The notes under the pieces: generated by a model
Told to the model about the DNA's origin: nothing
Databases searched by the model: none
Seen by the model: only the letters and a program-made list of their open reading frames with translations
Made by a program: the position numbers and the translations under genes
Origin: Alphaproteobacteria bacterium
Lineage (GTDB): Bacteria > Pseudomonadota > Alphaproteobacteria > SP197
Direction of reading: 5' to 3'
Assembly: GCA_964291265.2 (NCBI GenBank)
Contig: OZ219747.1
Coordinates: forward strand, 3,296,001-3,360,000
Length of the DNA: 64,000 bases
In this document: piece after piece, positions 36,888 to 49,909 of the stretch
How the letters are laid out: the number at the start of each line of letters is the position of its first letter
Position numbering within the stretch: the stretch's first letter is position 1

Positions 36888-37835
36888 TCAGCCCCCGGCA
36901 TGGCGGCGCGCCTGCATGATGGCAAAGTCCCGGTCGGCATGATGGGACGACCGGGTGAGCGGACTGGCGCTCACCATGAGAAACCCCCTGGCAAGGGCGA
37001 TTGTCTCCAGTTCCTGGAACTCCTCGGGTGTCCAGAAACGGGCGATGGCATGGTGGCGTGGCGTGGGTTGCAGGTACTGTCCGACCGTCAGGAAGTCGAC
37101 ATCCGCCTGGCGCATGTCGTCCATGACCTGCATGACCTCGTCCCTGGTCTCGCCAAGTCCCACCATCAGCCCCGACTTGGTGAAGATCGCCGGATCGATC
37201 TCCTTGACACGCCACAGCAGGTTGAGAGAGGCAAAGTACCGCGAGCCGGGCCTCACCTCGCGATAGAGCCTGGGAATGGTCTCCAGGTTGTGGTTCAAGA
37301 CATCGGGACGCGCCGCGACGACCTGTTCGATCGCCCTCTCCTTGCGCAGGAAATCGGGGGTCAGGACCTCGATGGTCGTGGCCGGAGACAACTTGCGTAT
37401 CTCGTTGATGCAGGCGGTGAACTGTCCTGCCCCACCGTCATCGAGATCGTCCCTGTCCACCGAGGTGATGACCACGTGCTTCAGACCAAGGTCGCGGACG
37501 GCCTGCGCCAGACGCCGTGGCTCGTCTTCATCGACCGGACCGGGCCGGCCCGTGGTGACATTGCAGAATGTGCAGCCCCGGGTGCAGACATCACCGAGGA
37601 TCATGACCGTGACATGCCGTTTCGACCAGCATTCCCCGATGTTGGGACAGGCGGCCTCCTCGCACACTGTCGCCAGCCTTGCCTTGCGGACGAGCTGTCG
37701 CGTCGCGTGGTAGTCCGGTGATCCCGGCGCCCGTGCTCTGATCCACTTCGGTTTGCGAGGGACGGCGACAGGGTCCCGCCAAGCCTTTTCCGGGTGGCGT
37801 TCACGAACGGTCTGGATACGGGAGAGTCTCGTCAT
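36888..37835 (-). CDS. lipA: Lipoyl synthase
   Basis: [26 protein letters not shown]. Confidence 0.97.
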   Translation of the reverse strand: MTRLSRIQTVRERHPEKAWRDPVAVPRKPKWIRARAPGSPDYHATRQLVRKARLATVCEEAACPNIGECWSKRHVTVMILGDVCTRGCTFCNVTTGRPGPVDEDEPRRLAQAVRDLGLKHVVITSVDRDDLDDGGAGQFTACINEIRKLSPATTIEVLTPDFLRKERAIEQVVAARPDVLNHNLETIPRLYREVRPGSRYFASLNLLWRVKEIDPAIFTKSGLMVGLGETRDEVMQVMDDMRQADVDFLTVGQYLQPTPRHHAIARFWTPEEFQELETIALARGFLMVSASPLTRSSHHADRDFAIMQARRHAGG

Positions 37836-37841
37836 GACACG

Positions 37842-39230
37842 TCAGATGTGGAGGGCGCGGCCATAGGCCTGGAGCACCGATTCGCCCATCGTTTCCGAGA
37901 GGGTCGGATGAGGAAAGACCGTGCCCATGAGTTCGGCCTCGGTGGTTTCGAGCGTGCGGGCGATGGCAAATCCATGGATCAGTTCCGTGACTTCGGCACC
38001 GATCATGTGGGCACCGAGAAGTTCGCCGGTGTCGGCGTCAAACACGGTCTTGACCATGCCGTCGGCGTCGCCCAGGGCAATGGCCTTGCCGTTGCCGAGG
38101 AATGGAAAGCGCCCGACGCGGACGGCATGCCCGGCAGCGCGGGCAGCCGCTTCCGTGAGGCCGACGCTGGCAATCTGCGGATGGCAGTAGGTGCAGCTCG
38201 CAATGTTGCCGGCATCGAGTGGTTCGACATGGTCAAGGCCGGCAATCCTCTCGACGGCGATGATGCCCTCGTGACTGGCCTTGTGGGCAAGCCAGGGCGG
38301 ACCGGCAAGATCACCGATGGCGAGAACTCCCTCTTCTCCGGTTTCAAGCCAGCTGTTGACGTCGACATGGCCTCCCGAGACGGTGATCCCGGTGCCCTCG
38401 AGACCGAGGTTTTCCGTGTTGCCGACGATGCCGACGGCGAGGATGACGCGTTCGGTCGAGAGAACGTGCTCCTCGCCCGCCTCATCCGTGACACGCACCG
38501 AAGCGCTGTCCCTTGATGTGGTGATCTCCTGCACCGCACTTCCCGTGTGAATGTCGATGCCCTGTTTCTCGAATGATCTTCGCGCCATGGATGATATCTC
38601 CTCATCTTCAGCAGGAAGAATGCGGTCGACCACCTCGATTACCGTGACCTCGGCCCCCATATCCCGGTAGAAACTGGCAAACTCGATGCCGATGGCGCCC
38701 GAGCCGATGACGACGACCGAAGCGGGCATGGTCTCGGGCATCATGGCCCGGCGATAGGTCCAGATGGTCCTTTCGTCGGCCTTCACGCCGGCGAGTTCAC
38801 GGGGGCGCGCACCCGTGGCAAGAATGACGTGACCGGCCTCGAGCAGGGTCTCGTCGACGCGGACCCGTCCTGGTCCCGCCAGCCGCCCCTCGCCTTCGAT
38901 CACCGCGACGGCGTGCCTGGAAAGCAGGTGCCTCACTCCCCGCGAGAGACGGTCGGCAACCTTGCGACTCCGCCCGACCACGGCACCAATGTCGAAGCGC
39001 GGGCTGTCGATATCGAGGCCAAAGGCGTCGCCATGACGTGCCAGGCGCATCACCTCTGCCGAACGCAGCAGCGCCTTCGTCGGAATGCACCCCCAGTTGA
39101 GGCACACGCCGCCCAGCAGGTCACGCTCGACCACAGCGACCGACATTCCGAGCTGCGCCGCACGGATGGCGGCAACATATCCTCCCGGCCCTCCACCGAG
39201 AACAACGATGTCGTAACGCGACTGTGTCAT
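37842..39230 (-). CDS. lpdA: Dihydrolipoyl dehydrogenase
   Basis: GGGPGG, GGVCLNWGCIPTK, HPTLSE. Confidence 0.97.
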   Translation of the reverse strand: MTQSRYDIVVLGGGPGGYVAAIRAAQLGMSVAVVERDLLGGVCLNWGCIPTKALLRSAEVMRLARHGDAFGLDIDSPRFDIGAVVGRSRKVADRLSRGVRHLLSRHAVAVIEGEGRLAGPGRVRVDETLLEAGHVILATGARPRELAGVKADERTIWTYRRAMMPETMPASVVVIGSGAIGIEFASFYRDMGAEVTVIEVVDRILPAEDEEISSMARRSFEKQGIDIHTGSAVQEITTSRDSASVRVTDEAGEEHVLSTERVILAVGIVGNTENLGLEGTGITVSGGHVDVNSWLETGEEGVLAIGDLAGPPWLAHKASHEGIIAVERIAGLDHVEPLDAGNIASCTYCHPQIASVGLTEAAARAAGHAVRVGRFPFLGNGKAIALGDADGMVKTVFDADTGELLGAHMIGAEVTELIHGFAIARTLETTEAELMGTVFPHPTLSETMGESVLQAYGRALHI

Positions 39231-39241
39231 CAGGTGTTCCT

Positions 39242-40441
39242 CTACAGGATGAGGGAAAGCGGCGATTCGATGAAGTTCCTGAAGGCATTCAGCAGGGTCG
39301 CGCCGACCGCGCCGTCGATGACCCTGTGATCGGCCGAGAGCGTCGTGCTCATCAGGGTTGCCACGGCCAGCGTTCCGTCCCTCGCCACAGGCCGCGCATA
39401 GCCTGAACCGACGGCCAGAATTCCAGCCTGCGGCGGATTGATCACGGCATCGAATTCCCTGACCCCGTACATGCCGAGATTCGACAGGGTGAAGCTCCCG
39501 CCCCGATACTCCTCCGGCATGAGTTTTCCGGCACGGGCGCGATCGACCAGGTCCCGCATGGTGGCGGCGATGTCCAGGAGTCCCCTTGAGGCCGCATCGC
39601 GGATGACCGGGGTCACAAGCCCGCCATCGACGGCAATGGCCACGGCGAGGTCGACGTGCGCAAATCGCCGGATGACATCGCCCCCCCACTGAACATTGGC
39701 GTCCGGAACGTCCCTCAGGGCCAGTGCAAGCGCTCGGACGACGAAGTCGTTCACGGAGACCCGATGCCCCGCGGCATTGATCTCGCGACGCGCCTCGAGC
39801 AGCCGATCGATGTCGCAGTCGAGCGAAAGGTAGAAATGCGGGATGGTCTGTTTCGCCTCCTGCAGGCGCTCGGCGATGACGCGGCGCATGCCGCTCACCC
39901 TGATCTCTTCCCAGGTGCCTGTGGCGACCTGAAGCGGCGCCGGCTTTTCCGCCCTCAGCGCCTGCTCGACGTCGCGCTTGATGATTCGGCCTCCCGGACC
40001 GCTGCCCGTGACATCATCAAGCGACAGCCCTGCTCTGGACGCCATGCTGCGGGCAAGGGGACTAGCGTTCCTTCTCCGGCTGCCGGTGCCGCCTTCCGTG
40101 TCCTCAGTCTGCGGTGGGGAGCCAGCCTCCGCCGATGCTGGAACGGCGGGCTGTGGAGCGGCATCGATGCTGTCGGGTGCATGCTCGGGAGCTTCCTCGC
40201 CCTCCTCCAGGATGAGGGCGATCGCCTGGTTCACCGGAACATTGTCCGTTCCCTCGGCAACCAGGAGGCGGCCGATGGTTCCATCATCGATGGCCTCGAC
40301 CTCCATGGTGGCCTTGTCGGTCTCGATCTCGGCGAGCACATCACCGGACGCGACGCTGTCTCCCTCGCTGACCAGCCAGCGCGCCAACGTGCCCACCTCC
40401 ATGGTGGGTGAGAGCTGCGGCATGGTGATGGTGATCGGCAT
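39242..40441 (-). CDS. pdhC: Pyruvate dehydrogenase E2 dihydrolipoamide acetyltransferase
   Basis: Lipoyl ETDKA; ASPLAR E3-binding; DHRVIDG. Confidence 0.95.
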   Translation of the reverse strand: MPITITMPQLSPTMEVGTLARWLVSEGDSVASGDVLAEIETDKATMEVEAIDDGTIGRLLVAEGTDNVPVNQAIALILEEGEEAPEHAPDSIDAAPQPAVPASAEAGSPPQTEDTEGGTGSRRRNASPLARSMASRAGLSLDDVTGSGPGGRIIKRDVEQALRAEKPAPLQVATGTWEEIRVSGMRRVIAERLQEAKQTIPHFYLSLDCDIDRLLEARREINAAGHRVSVNDFVVRALALALRDVPDANVQWGGDVIRRFAHVDLAVAIAVDGGLVTPVIRDAASRGLLDIAATMRDLVDRARAGKLMPEEYRGGSFTLSNLGMYGVREFDAVINPPQAGILAVGSGYARPVARDGTLAVATLMSTTLSADHRVIDGAVGATLLNAFRNFIESPLSLIL

Positions 40442-40463
40442 GTCGGTCTCCCCTCAGCCGCGA

Positions 40464-41441
40464 TCAGACATAGCAGACGTCACGCACAGCCCGGATGATC
40501 TGGTCCGCCTGGGGCAGTGCCGCCTGCTCCAGACTGGCAGCATAGGGCAAGGGCGCGTCCGCTGCCGATACCCGTGCGGGCGGTGCATCGAGATGATCGA
40601 AACCCCCGTCACACACGGCAGCGATCACCTCGGCGCCGATCCCGGCGAAGGACCATCCCTCCTCCACCACGACGAGTCGGTTGGTGCGGATGAGGGAATC
40701 GATGATGGTGGCGACGTCAAGGGGACGGATGGTGCGCAGATTGATGACCTCCGCCTCGACACCTTCTTCGGCCAGCATGCCGGCCGCCTCGAGAGCGCGG
40801 CTGACCGTGATGGAGTAGCCGACAATGGTGACATCCCGGCCCGGCCGTTCGATCGCCGCCTGGCCGATCTCGAGGACGACGTCACCGTCACTGACGTCGA
40901 AGGAAGCGCCGTAGAGAATCTCGTTCTCGAGGAAGATCACCGGGTTCGGATCCCGTACAGCGGCCTTCAGGAGCCCCTTGGCATCCGTGGCCGACCATGG
41001 TGCGATGACCTTCAGCCCGGGAACATGGCCAAACCACGATGCGAAGTCCTGGGAGTGCTGGGCAGCCACCCGCGCCGCGGCGCCGTTGGGCCCGCGAAGG
41101 ACGATGGGGCACGCGACCTTGCCGCCAGACATGTAGAGTGTCTTGGCCGCCGAGTTGATGATCTGGTCCATGGCCTGCATGGCGAAGTTGAAGGTCATGA
41201 ACTCGTTGATGGGTCTCAGTCCAGCCATGGCGGCGCCGATGGCCAGACCGGCGAAGCCGTGTTCCGTGATGGGTGTGTCAATGATCCGGCCGGCGCCGAA
41301 TTCCTCGAGCAGGCCCTGGCTCACCTTGTAGGCGCCCTGGTACTCGGCGACCTCCTCGCCGATCAGGAAGACCCGCTCGTCGCGTCGCATTTCCTCGGCC
41401 ATGGCGTCGCGCAGAGCCTGACGCACCGTCATCTCGACCAT
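40464..41441 (-). CDS. pdhB: Pyruvate dehydrogenase E1 beta
   Basis: [28 protein letters not shown]. Confidence 0.96.
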   Translation of the reverse strand: MVEMTVRQALRDAMAEEMRRDERVFLIGEEVAEYQGAYKVSQGLLEEFGAGRIIDTPITEHGFAGLAIGAAMAGLRPINEFMTFNFAMQAMDQIINSAAKTLYMSGGKVACPIVLRGPNGAAARVAAQHSQDFASWFGHVPGLKVIAPWSATDAKGLLKAAVRDPNPVIFLENEILYGASFDVSDGDVVLEIGQAAIERPGRDVTIVGYSITVSRALEAAGMLAEEGVEAEVINLRTIRPLDVATIIDSLIRTNRLVVVEEGWSFAGIGAEVIAAVCDGGFDHLDAPPARVSAADAPLPYAASLEQAALPQADQIIRAVRDVCYV

Positions 41442-42439
41442 CAGGCGCCCCCGCCCGCCGTGTCGACCATGACGTCTGTCATGAGTTCGCCGATGTCGGG
41501 TTCGGGACTTGTCTGAGCGTATTCAGCCGCCTCCGCCACGGTCTTCTTGACGTCCCTGTCGATGGCTTTCAGCTCCGCGTCGTCAATGGCCCCGCCCTCG
41601 ATGAGCCGCACCCGCACCTGTTCGATGGGATCCTGACGCTCACGGACCTTCTGGACCTCGTCCCTGGTCCGGTACTTGACCGGGTCAGACATCGAGTGTC
41701 CCCGGTAGCGATACGTCTGCATCTCGACCAGCATCGGCCCCTCGCCGCCGCGTACCCGCGCCACCAGTTCCCTGGAGACTGCATGAACCGCCACGACATC
41801 CATGCCGTCGACCTGCACGCCGTGGATACCGAAGGCTTCACCGCGATGGCAGAGTTCCGTTCCCGCCTTGGCGCGGCGGATGGCCGTTCCCATGGCATAC
41901 TGATTGTTCTCGATGACGAAGATCGCCGGCAACTTCCACAAGCTTGCCATGTTGAAGGTCTCGTAGACCTGTCCCTGGTTGGCGGCACCCTCACCGAAGA
42001 AGACCAGGGTGACGTTGTCACGCTTTCGGTACTTCTGGGCGAAGGCAATTCCGGCGCCGAGCGGAACCTGGGCGCCGACAATGCCGTGGCCGCCATAGAA
42101 TCCGCGCTCGATGTCGAACATGTGCATGGAACCACCCTTGCCCTTCGACACACCCGTGCCACGACCTGTCAGTTCGGCCATGATGGCCGCGGGCGGGACG
42201 CCACGCACCAGGGCATGGGCGTGACAGCGGTAGCTGGTGATCACGGCATCGTCCGCCCTGATGGCGGCATCCATGCCGACCACCACGGCTTCCTGGCCGA
42301 TGTAGAGATGGCAGAAGCCGCCGATCAGTCCCATGCCGTACATCTGGCCGACCTTTTCCTCGAAACGGCGCACGAGCAGCATGGTGCGATAGAAATCCAC
42401 CAGGAGTGCGGTGTCGTCGGCCGGTGCGGCGTCCATCAT
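41441..42439 (-). CDS. pdhA: Pyruvate dehydrogenase E1 alpha
   Basis: [37 protein letters not shown]. Confidence 0.96.
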   Translation of the reverse strand: MMDAAPADDTALLVDFYRTMLLVRRFEEKVGQMYGMGLIGGFCHLYIGQEAVVVGMDAAIRADDAVITSYRCHAHALVRGVPPAAIMAELTGRGTGVSKGKGGSMHMFDIERGFYGGHGIVGAQVPLGAGIAFAQKYRKRDNVTLVFFGEGAANQGQVYETFNMASLWKLPAIFVIENNQYAMGTAIRRAKAGTELCHRGEAFGIHGVQVDGMDVVAVHAVSRELVARVRGGEGPMLVEMQTYRYRGHSMSDPVKYRTRDEVQKVRERQDPIEQVRVRLIEGGAIDDAELKAIDRDVKKTVAEAAEYAQTSPEPDIGELMTDVMVDTAGGGA

Positions 42440-42484
42440 GCCCTCCCTTGACAGGGCAGGACGGAGCGGTGGCAACGGAGGAGA

Positions 42485-42814
42485 TCAGTCGAAGGCGGCA
42501 TCGTCGCTTCTCATGATCACGAGCTCATGGGGATGCGCCAGATTGAGGGTCCGGCGCGCCTGTTCATCAAGCATGTCCCGGTCAATGCTCGGTGGGTTGA
42601 GAAGCATGACATGGTTCAACAACCTCTGCTCCACGGCGGTGAGCCGCACGTGTTCGGCTTCGGCTCGCTCGATCTGCTGTTCCAGCGACATGGTCGCGAG
42701 AATGCCGTTCTCACCCTGGACGGCATGGTAACCAAAGTAAACGACTGCGAACATGCCAAGAAGGCAGGGCACTGAACGAAAGGTGGAGCGGAAGCGTTCA
42801 TGCAGGCCGCGCAT
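42485..42814 (-). CDS. ftsB: Septum formation initiator (FtsB/DivIC)
   Basis: YFGYHAVQGENG, coiled coil, DMLDEQARRTL; lies between eno and pdhA. Confidence 0.85.
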   Translation of the reverse strand: MRGLHERFRSTFRSVPCLLGMFAVVYFGYHAVQGENGILATMSLEQQIERAEAEHVRLTAVEQRLLNHVMLLNPPSIDRDMLDEQARRTLNLAHPHELVIMRSDDAAFD

Positions 42815-42874
42815 GGCGTCAACAGACCACAACACAGGGGAACATGTCAAGATCGTCCATGGCCGCACTCCCGA

Positions 42875-44146
42875 TCATGGTTGCCCGGACCAGAGGGCTG
42901 CGGAGTCGAGTTCTTCCTCGACCTTCAACAACCTGTTGTACTTCGCGGTGCGATCGGAGCGGGAGAGCGAGCCGGTCTTGATGTGCCGGCATCCCAGGCC
43001 GACGGCAAGATCGGCAATGGTAGTGTCTTCTGTCTCTCCCGAGCGGTGCGACATCACGGTGCGATAACCTCTCTCGTGGGCATGCGCCACTGTCTCCATG
43101 GCTTCGCTCAGCGTTCCCACCTGGTTGACCTTGATGAGGATGGCATTGGCCACGCCATTCCTGATGCCCCGTTCAAGACGGCCTTTGCTCGTCACGAAGA
43201 TGTCGTCACCCACCAGCTGGAGTCTGTCGCCGAGTTCCTGTGTCAACGCCTGCCAGCCTTCCCAGTCATCCTCAGCGAGGCCGTCCTCGATGGAGACGAT
43301 CGGGTAGGATTCCAGGAGCTCTCGGTAGAGGTCGATCATGGCCATCGAATCGAGCTTGCGGCCGTCGGCGCCGAAAACGTAGCGTCCGTCGCGCCACAGC
43401 TCGCTTGCCGCAGGATCAAGGGCAAGAAAGACATCCTCACCCGCACGGTATCCTGTCCCGTCGATGGCCGCCATCAGGAGGTCGAGAGCTTCCCGGGCAT
43501 CCGCGATCTGTGGTGCGAATCCCCCCTCGTCGCCGACATTGGTTGAATGACCCCGGGCCTGAAGCGTGTGCTTCAGCTGATGGAAGATCTCGGCACCGGC
43601 ACGAACCGCTTCCCGGAACGAACTGCAACCGGCGGGCAGGATCATGAATTCCTGGAAATCGAGTGCGTTGTCCGCATGGGCGCCACCATTGATGACGTTC
43701 ATCTGCGGCACCGGAAGCCGCCGCGCCGCGAGGCCGCCGACGTGGCGCCACAGGGGCATGCCGGCCCGGTTTGCCGCGGCATGGGCCACGGCAAGGCTGA
43801 CGCCCACAATGGCGTTGGCGCCAAGGCGCGCCTTGTCCGGGGTTCCGTCGAGCGACGCCAGGCAGTCATCGATCTCGCGCTGACAGCGTACGTCCATGCC
43901 GCGCACGGCATCGAAGATCTCGCCGTTGATTCCGTCGAGGGCCTTCAGCACGCCCCTGCCATGGAAGCGCGCGCGGTCACCATCGCGCATCTCCACGGCT
44001 TCGTGGGATCCCGTCGAGGCTCCGGAGGGAACTGCCGCACCTCCGCTGGTGCCGTCTTCGAGAAGAACATCGACTTCGATTGTCGGATTGCCGCGGCTGT
44101 CAAGGATTTCCCTGCCGCGGACGTCGATGATGGCAGCCATGGTCAT
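42875..44146 (-). CDS. eno: Enolase
   Basis: [28 protein letters not shown]. Confidence 0.97.
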   Translation of the reverse strand: MTMAAIIDVRGREILDSRGNPTIEVDVLLEDGTSGGAAVPSGASTGSHEAVEMRDGDRARFHGRGVLKALDGINGEIFDAVRGMDVRCQREIDDCLASLDGTPDKARLGANAIVGVSLAVAHAAANRAGMPLWRHVGGLAARRLPVPQMNVINGGAHADNALDFQEFMILPAGCSSFREAVRAGAEIFHQLKHTLQARGHSTNVGDEGGFAPQIADAREALDLLMAAIDGTGYRAGEDVFLALDPAASELWRDGRYVFGADGRKLDSMAMIDLYRELLESYPIVSIEDGLAEDDWEGWQALTQELGDRLQLVGDDIFVTSKGRLERGIRNGVANAILIKVNQVGTLSEAMETVAHAHERGYRTVMSHRSGETEDTTIADLAVGLGCRHIKTGSLSRSDRTAKYNRLLKVEEELDSAALWSGQP

Positions 44147-44223
44147 CCTCTCGTCGTTTCCGCCGGTGTCGGCGCGGCAGGTTGTACAACCTCTGGTTCC
44201 GCACTGCACCTGGCGGCTTGCCG

Positions 44224-45060
44224 TCAGTGCGCCCTTCCCTTGACCAGCGAGTCGATCGCCTGAAGGCGGTCCAGCAGGGCAGGCATGTCATCAAGCGCCA
44301 TCATGGTGGCTCCATCGGAAGGCGCCCGTTCCGGTTCCTCGTGGGACTCCATGAAGACGGCCGCGACGCCGACGGCAACTGCCGCCCGTGCCAGGAGCGG
44401 CACATGCTCCCGCTCGCCGCCGCTGGCGCTGCCCCTGCCTCCGGGCTGCTGGACCGAGTGGGTGGCATCGAACACCACCGGCGTTCCGCCTTCGGCAAGT
44501 TGTGGAAGGGCGCGCATATCGGACACAAGCGTGTTGTAGCCGAAACTTGTACCGCGTTCCGTTACCATGACATGAGGGTTGCCCGACATCGTGACCTTGT
44601 TCACCACGTGGGCCATGTCCCAGGGCGCCAGGAACTGGCCCTTCTTGACATTGACTGTTCGGCCGGTCCTGGCCGCCGCCACCAGGAGATCCGTCTGCCG
44701 GCATAGGAAAGCGGGAATCTGCAGCACATCAACGGCGCCGGCAACGGCCTCGCATTGGTCGGGCAGGTGAACATCGGTGAGGACCGGGCAACCCAGTCGG
44801 GACCGCAGGTCATCCAGGATCCTCAGTCCCTCGTCCATGCCGGCGCCGCGGGCGCCATCGAGGCTTGTCCTGTTGGCCTTGTCGAAGGAGCTCTTGTAGA
44901 TGAAGCCGAGGCCTCGCCGGGTCGTCATGGTCAACAGCCGCTCCGCCACGAAGAACGCGTGATCGCGATTCTCGATCTGGCAGGGTCCGGATATCAGGAC
45001 GAAGGGAAGATCATTGCCGATCGTGACGGAACCAGCACGCACATGACGGCCGTTCACCAT
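44224..45060 (-). CDS. kdsA: KDO 8-phosphate synthase
   Basis: [27 protein letters not shown]. Confidence 0.97.
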   Translation of the reverse strand: MVNGRHVRAGSVTIGNDLPFVLISGPCQIENRDHAFFVAERLLTMTTRRGLGFIYKSSFDKANRTSLDGARGAGMDEGLRILDDLRSRLGCPVLTDVHLPDQCEAVAGAVDVLQIPAFLCRQTDLLVAAARTGRTVNVKKGQFLAPWDMAHVVNKVTMSGNPHVMVTERGTSFGYNTLVSDMRALPQLAEGGTPVVFDATHSVQQPGGRGSASGGEREHVPLLARAAVAVGVAAVFMESHEEPERAPSDGATMMALDDMPALLDRLQAIDSLVKGRAH

Positions 45061-45063
45061 GGT

Positions 45064-46773
<1,710 letters not shown>

Positions 46774-46780
46774 TCAGGCG

Positions 46781-47089
46781 TCACTCCGAGGTCGGTACGA
46801 CGGGGATGGACTCGGCCGGCGCCTGTGTCTCGATGTCGTCGACAATCGAGACACTCTCGCCACGGTCCGACACCAGGATGCTGAGTGTCAGGCTGGAGAC
46901 GAAGAAGAGCGCGGCAACAACTGCCGTGGCGCGCGTCATCATGCTTGCCGTGCCGCGTGTGGACATCAGTCCCTGCATGTTGCCGCCTCCGCCCATGCCG
47001 AGGCCGCCGCCCTCACCCCTCTGCAACAGGACGAGTCCGACAATGGCCAGGGCGAAGAGTACATGCAGAATGAGAAGGATGGTCTGCAC
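46781..47089 (-). CDS. secG: Preprotein translocase subunit SecG
   Basis: VLLQRGEGGGLG...TRAT; lies between tpiA and pyrG. Confidence 0.93.
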   Translation of the reverse strand: MQTILLILHVLFALAIVGLVLLQRGEGGGLGMGGGGNMQGLMSTRGTASMMTRATAVVAALFFVSSLTLSILVSDRGESVSIVDDIETQAPAESIPVVPTSE

Positions 47090-47155
47090 GGCAGGCCTCG
47101 CACATGTTCAATGCGCCGCCGATGTAGCACAGCGCCCCCGGCCGTGCCAAACGCT

Positions 47156-47896
47156 TCAGGTCGGTGCGCCGTCGGTGGCGATCTGCCAGAACCCGTCGGG
47201 GTCGAGACTGGCTCCGCCGATGAGCAGGCCATCCACCTGTTCGATGTCGAGAAGTTCGCGAGAATTCGATGGATTGACGGAGCCGCCGTAGAGAAGCCGC
47301 ACGCCTTCGTCCACCAGAGTTATGGATTGCTGTTTGAGAAACCGGTGCATCGCGAGCACGTCTGCCGCCTGTGCGGTGTCGCCGGTTCCGATGGCCCACA
47401 CAGGCTCCCAGGCGATGACGGTGTTGGCTGCCGTGGCGCCGGCCGGCAGCGAACGGGCCAGCTGGTCCGCCACCGTGTCAAGGGCCCTTCCCTCACGCCG
47501 TTCGTTCCGGTTCTCTCCAATGCAGATGATGGCGACAAGACCGGCCTGGTGGGCGGCCATGGCCTTCTTCCTGACATCGTGGCTGCTCTCCCGGTGACAC
47601 GTCCGACGTTCCGAATGCCCCACCAGCACATGGCTGCACCCGAGATCCGCCAGCATGGTGGCAGCGACATCGCCAGTGAACGCGCCATGTGTCTCGTGAT
47701 GGCAGTCCTGGGCGCCCAGGAGGATGCCGGCATCGCGCAGCGGTCCAGCCAGCATGCCGAGCAGTGTCACCGGAGGGCATACGAGGACATCGCATGGCAG
47801 GCCGTTTCTCGAGTTTTCGGCAAGCCGGCGGGCCTGATCACCTGCCCAGGCCACGGTGCCGTGCATCTTCCAGTTGCCTGCAATCAGTGAGCGCAT
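47156..47896 (-). CDS. tpiA: Triosephosphate isomerase
   Basis: AGNWKM, GHSERR, EPVWAIGTG, LYGGSV. Confidence 0.97.
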   Translation of the reverse strand: MRSLIAGNWKMHGTVAWAGDQARRLAENSRNGLPCDVLVCPPVTLLGMLAGPLRDAGILLGAQDCHHETHGAFTGDVAATMLADLGCSHVLVGHSERRTCHRESSHDVRKKAMAAHQAGLVAIICIGENRNERREGRALDTVADQLARSLPAGATAANTVIAWEPVWAIGTGDTAQAADVLAMHRFLKQQSITLVDEGVRLLYGGSVNPSNSRELLDIEQVDGLLIGGASLDPDGFWQIATDGAPT

Positions 47897-47983
47897 GGCA
47901 CCCTCCGTGGTGTGTTCCATCAATAGAGCGATGCCGGTCCCGGTACAAGGTCGCCACGCTGTTCGCACCTCCATGCCGGACAG

Positions 47984-48105
47984 GGGTGCGTCGCATATGT
48001 GAGACTCGCGGTCCTGCCACGACGCGCCGTTTCCGGACATCGTCGAAGCGACTGCTCTCCCCGGCGCATTGCCGTGCGATGAAGGCGTTGGCTCCCTCGA
48101 CGCCC
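47984..48105 (-). mobile_element. ISKra4-like 3' remnant and terminal IR
   Basis: VEGANAFIARQCAGESSRFDD...RR, followed by TCTCACATATGCGACGCACCC end on the minus strand. Confidence 0.62.
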
Positions 48106-48265
48106 CCCACCGCAAACGCCGCATCGGCCCCGTCCGCGCTGCCGCCGGAAAGGCGCCACCCGGTCCGCGCCAGCCGCCCCGCCATCACCATCATGTCCAC
48201 CAGCACGGCCGTCGGCGTCGCCTCGCGCCCGATCCCCGCACAGGTCAATGTCGTCGTGGTCCGAT
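48105..48265 (-). pseudogene. SLOG/DprA-like nucleotide-binding domain fragment
   Basis: CAGIGREATP...LARTGWRLSGGSADGADAAF; truncated by the IS remnant. Confidence 0.6.
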
Positions 48266-48895
48266 CTCCCCGGTTGCGACGGCCGCGACGCCCTCCCGGT
48301 CAACGGCTTCGCTCCCGGACTGCCTTTCTCCACCTGTGCGGCGCGAACGGATCGGCCTCGCTTGCACTGCGGCGCTGCCCGGGGCATCGATCGCGGCATG
48401 GACGGACGGGGATCGATGGTGCGGCACGGGTTCTGACCGCTGGCGATTCTCCGGCTGCCGACGGGACGGTGGCGCAGGCGGCGGTCCGGTTCGGGGCTTC
48501 GGCCGACGCGTTCGCGAACCGGGGGAGAGCTGCTGACGTCGGCGGCATTGCTCGCCTTCCTCGCGCCCTGCGGCCTGCCGCTGCCTGCCCCGGACCCCGA
48601 TCCGGGGCGCTCGGCTGCCGGCGCCTGTGGAGCCTGGGCGCCCGGTATCGGGCTTGGTGCCGCGACGATTCCGGCGATTCCGGCGACGCTGTTCGCGGGC
48701 CTGCTCGGACCGGTGGCGGTGGCGGCCTGCTGGTCCGGATCGCCTGGCCATGGCTCGCGCGGCGCGGTTGATGACACACGACGGCGGGCCGGCAGCAGAG
48801 CATGGCCGCCATGTGCGAGTCCCCATGGGCCGCCGAACGGCACAGGGCCGGCTGCGCAGCAGGACGGGCGTCGGCGATACGGATGGTCGAGCCGC

Positions 48896-49462
48896 TCAGA
48901 TCGCCGTTTCGTGCGAGCGCAGCAGGGATACCGTGCCGGACAGGCCGAGGCGTTCGAGGGCAGCCAAGTAGTCGCCCGCCGACCGGGGCGGATTGCGCAG
49001 CGCCGCCGGGTGACCGTGCACCGCTTCGAGCACGGTTCCGGGGTCGGCATCGAACAGCCCGGCGATGAAGGCGTCTGGATGGTGCGCCGCAATCTTGTGG
49101 GGCGCCAGACGGTCGGCGGGAAAGTCCCGAAGATTGCGGGTCACGATCGTGTCCGTGCGTCCCTGGATCGCCGCTGCCAACACATGGCGGTCGCCGGGGT
49201 CCGGCAGGTCGAGGGCGGCAATGGCTCCGTATCCCGTCACGACGGCATCGGGGAAATGGCCGTCCATGACCGCGCGGGTCCGCTCCAACACGGCTGGGTC
49301 GATATCGGGCCGATCGACCAGAAGGCTGCGCATCCATTCCGCGTGGATGTCGGCGCTCCAGAGCGGCGCATAGAGGTAGCGGTCGGCAAGACGCAACAGC
49401 AGGTCGCGAAGACCGGCCGGATAGAGGACATTGGCGTCGAGCAGCGCCGTCGGGCGGATCAT
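48896..49462 (-). CDS. PIN-domain (VapC-like) toxin
   Basis: LLDANVLYP...LRDLLL...LPDPGDRHVLAAAI...IVTRNLRDFP. Confidence 0.9.
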   Translation of the reverse strand: MIRPTALLDANVLYPAGLRDLLLRLADRYLYAPLWSADIHAEWMRSLLVDRPDIDPAVLERTRAVMDGHFPDAVVTGYGAIAALDLPDPGDRHVLAAAIQGRTDTIVTRNLRDFPADRLAPHKIAAHHPDAFIAGLFDADPGTVLEAVHGHPAALRNPPRSAGDYLAALERLGLSGTVSLLRSHETAI

Positions 49463-49465
49463 CGC

Positions 49466-49909
49466 CTATTGCAGGCCGAGTTCCTGGTCGCGCGCGGTCA
49501 TCCCGTCGAGCGCCTCGCGGCGGCGGATTTCCGTCTCGCGCCGCCAGGCGAGAATGTCCTCGGCGCGAACGCGGCGGTGGGAGCCGACCTTGCGGCAGGG
49601 TATCCGCCCCTCATCGAGAAGCTGGACCAGATGCGTCCGCGACACCTGCAGGAGCTCGGCCGCCTGCCGCGTGGTCAGCTCGGCGTGGAGCGGCGTGAGC
49701 GCAACGCCCTTGCCGTCGGCCATCCGGTCGAGAACCTCCCGGAGCAGGCGCACCGCAGGCGCCGGGAGATCGACGGTCCGGTCTGCGAAGCGCGCCGATA
49801 CCGGCTGCGTCCCGTCGGTCAGGGCCTCCAGCGCCCGGCACGCCCGCCCGGCGAGCGTCGCATCGCGTTCGCTCGGAATGCCGTACGCCGTCGCTGTCTT
49901 CGGTTCCAT
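49466..49909 (-). CDS. Excisionase-type HTH antitoxin
   Basis: ELTTRQAAELLQVSRTHLVQLLDEGRIP.RKVGSHRRV; RBS GGAGG; directly upstream of the PIN gene. Confidence 0.9.
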   Translation of the reverse strand: MEPKTATAYGIPSERDATLAGRACRALEALTDGTQPVSARFADRTVDLPAPAVRLLREVLDRMADGKGVALTPLHAELTTRQAAELLQVSRTHLVQLLDEGRIPCRKVGSHRRVRAEDILAWRRETEIRRREALDGMTARDQELGLQ

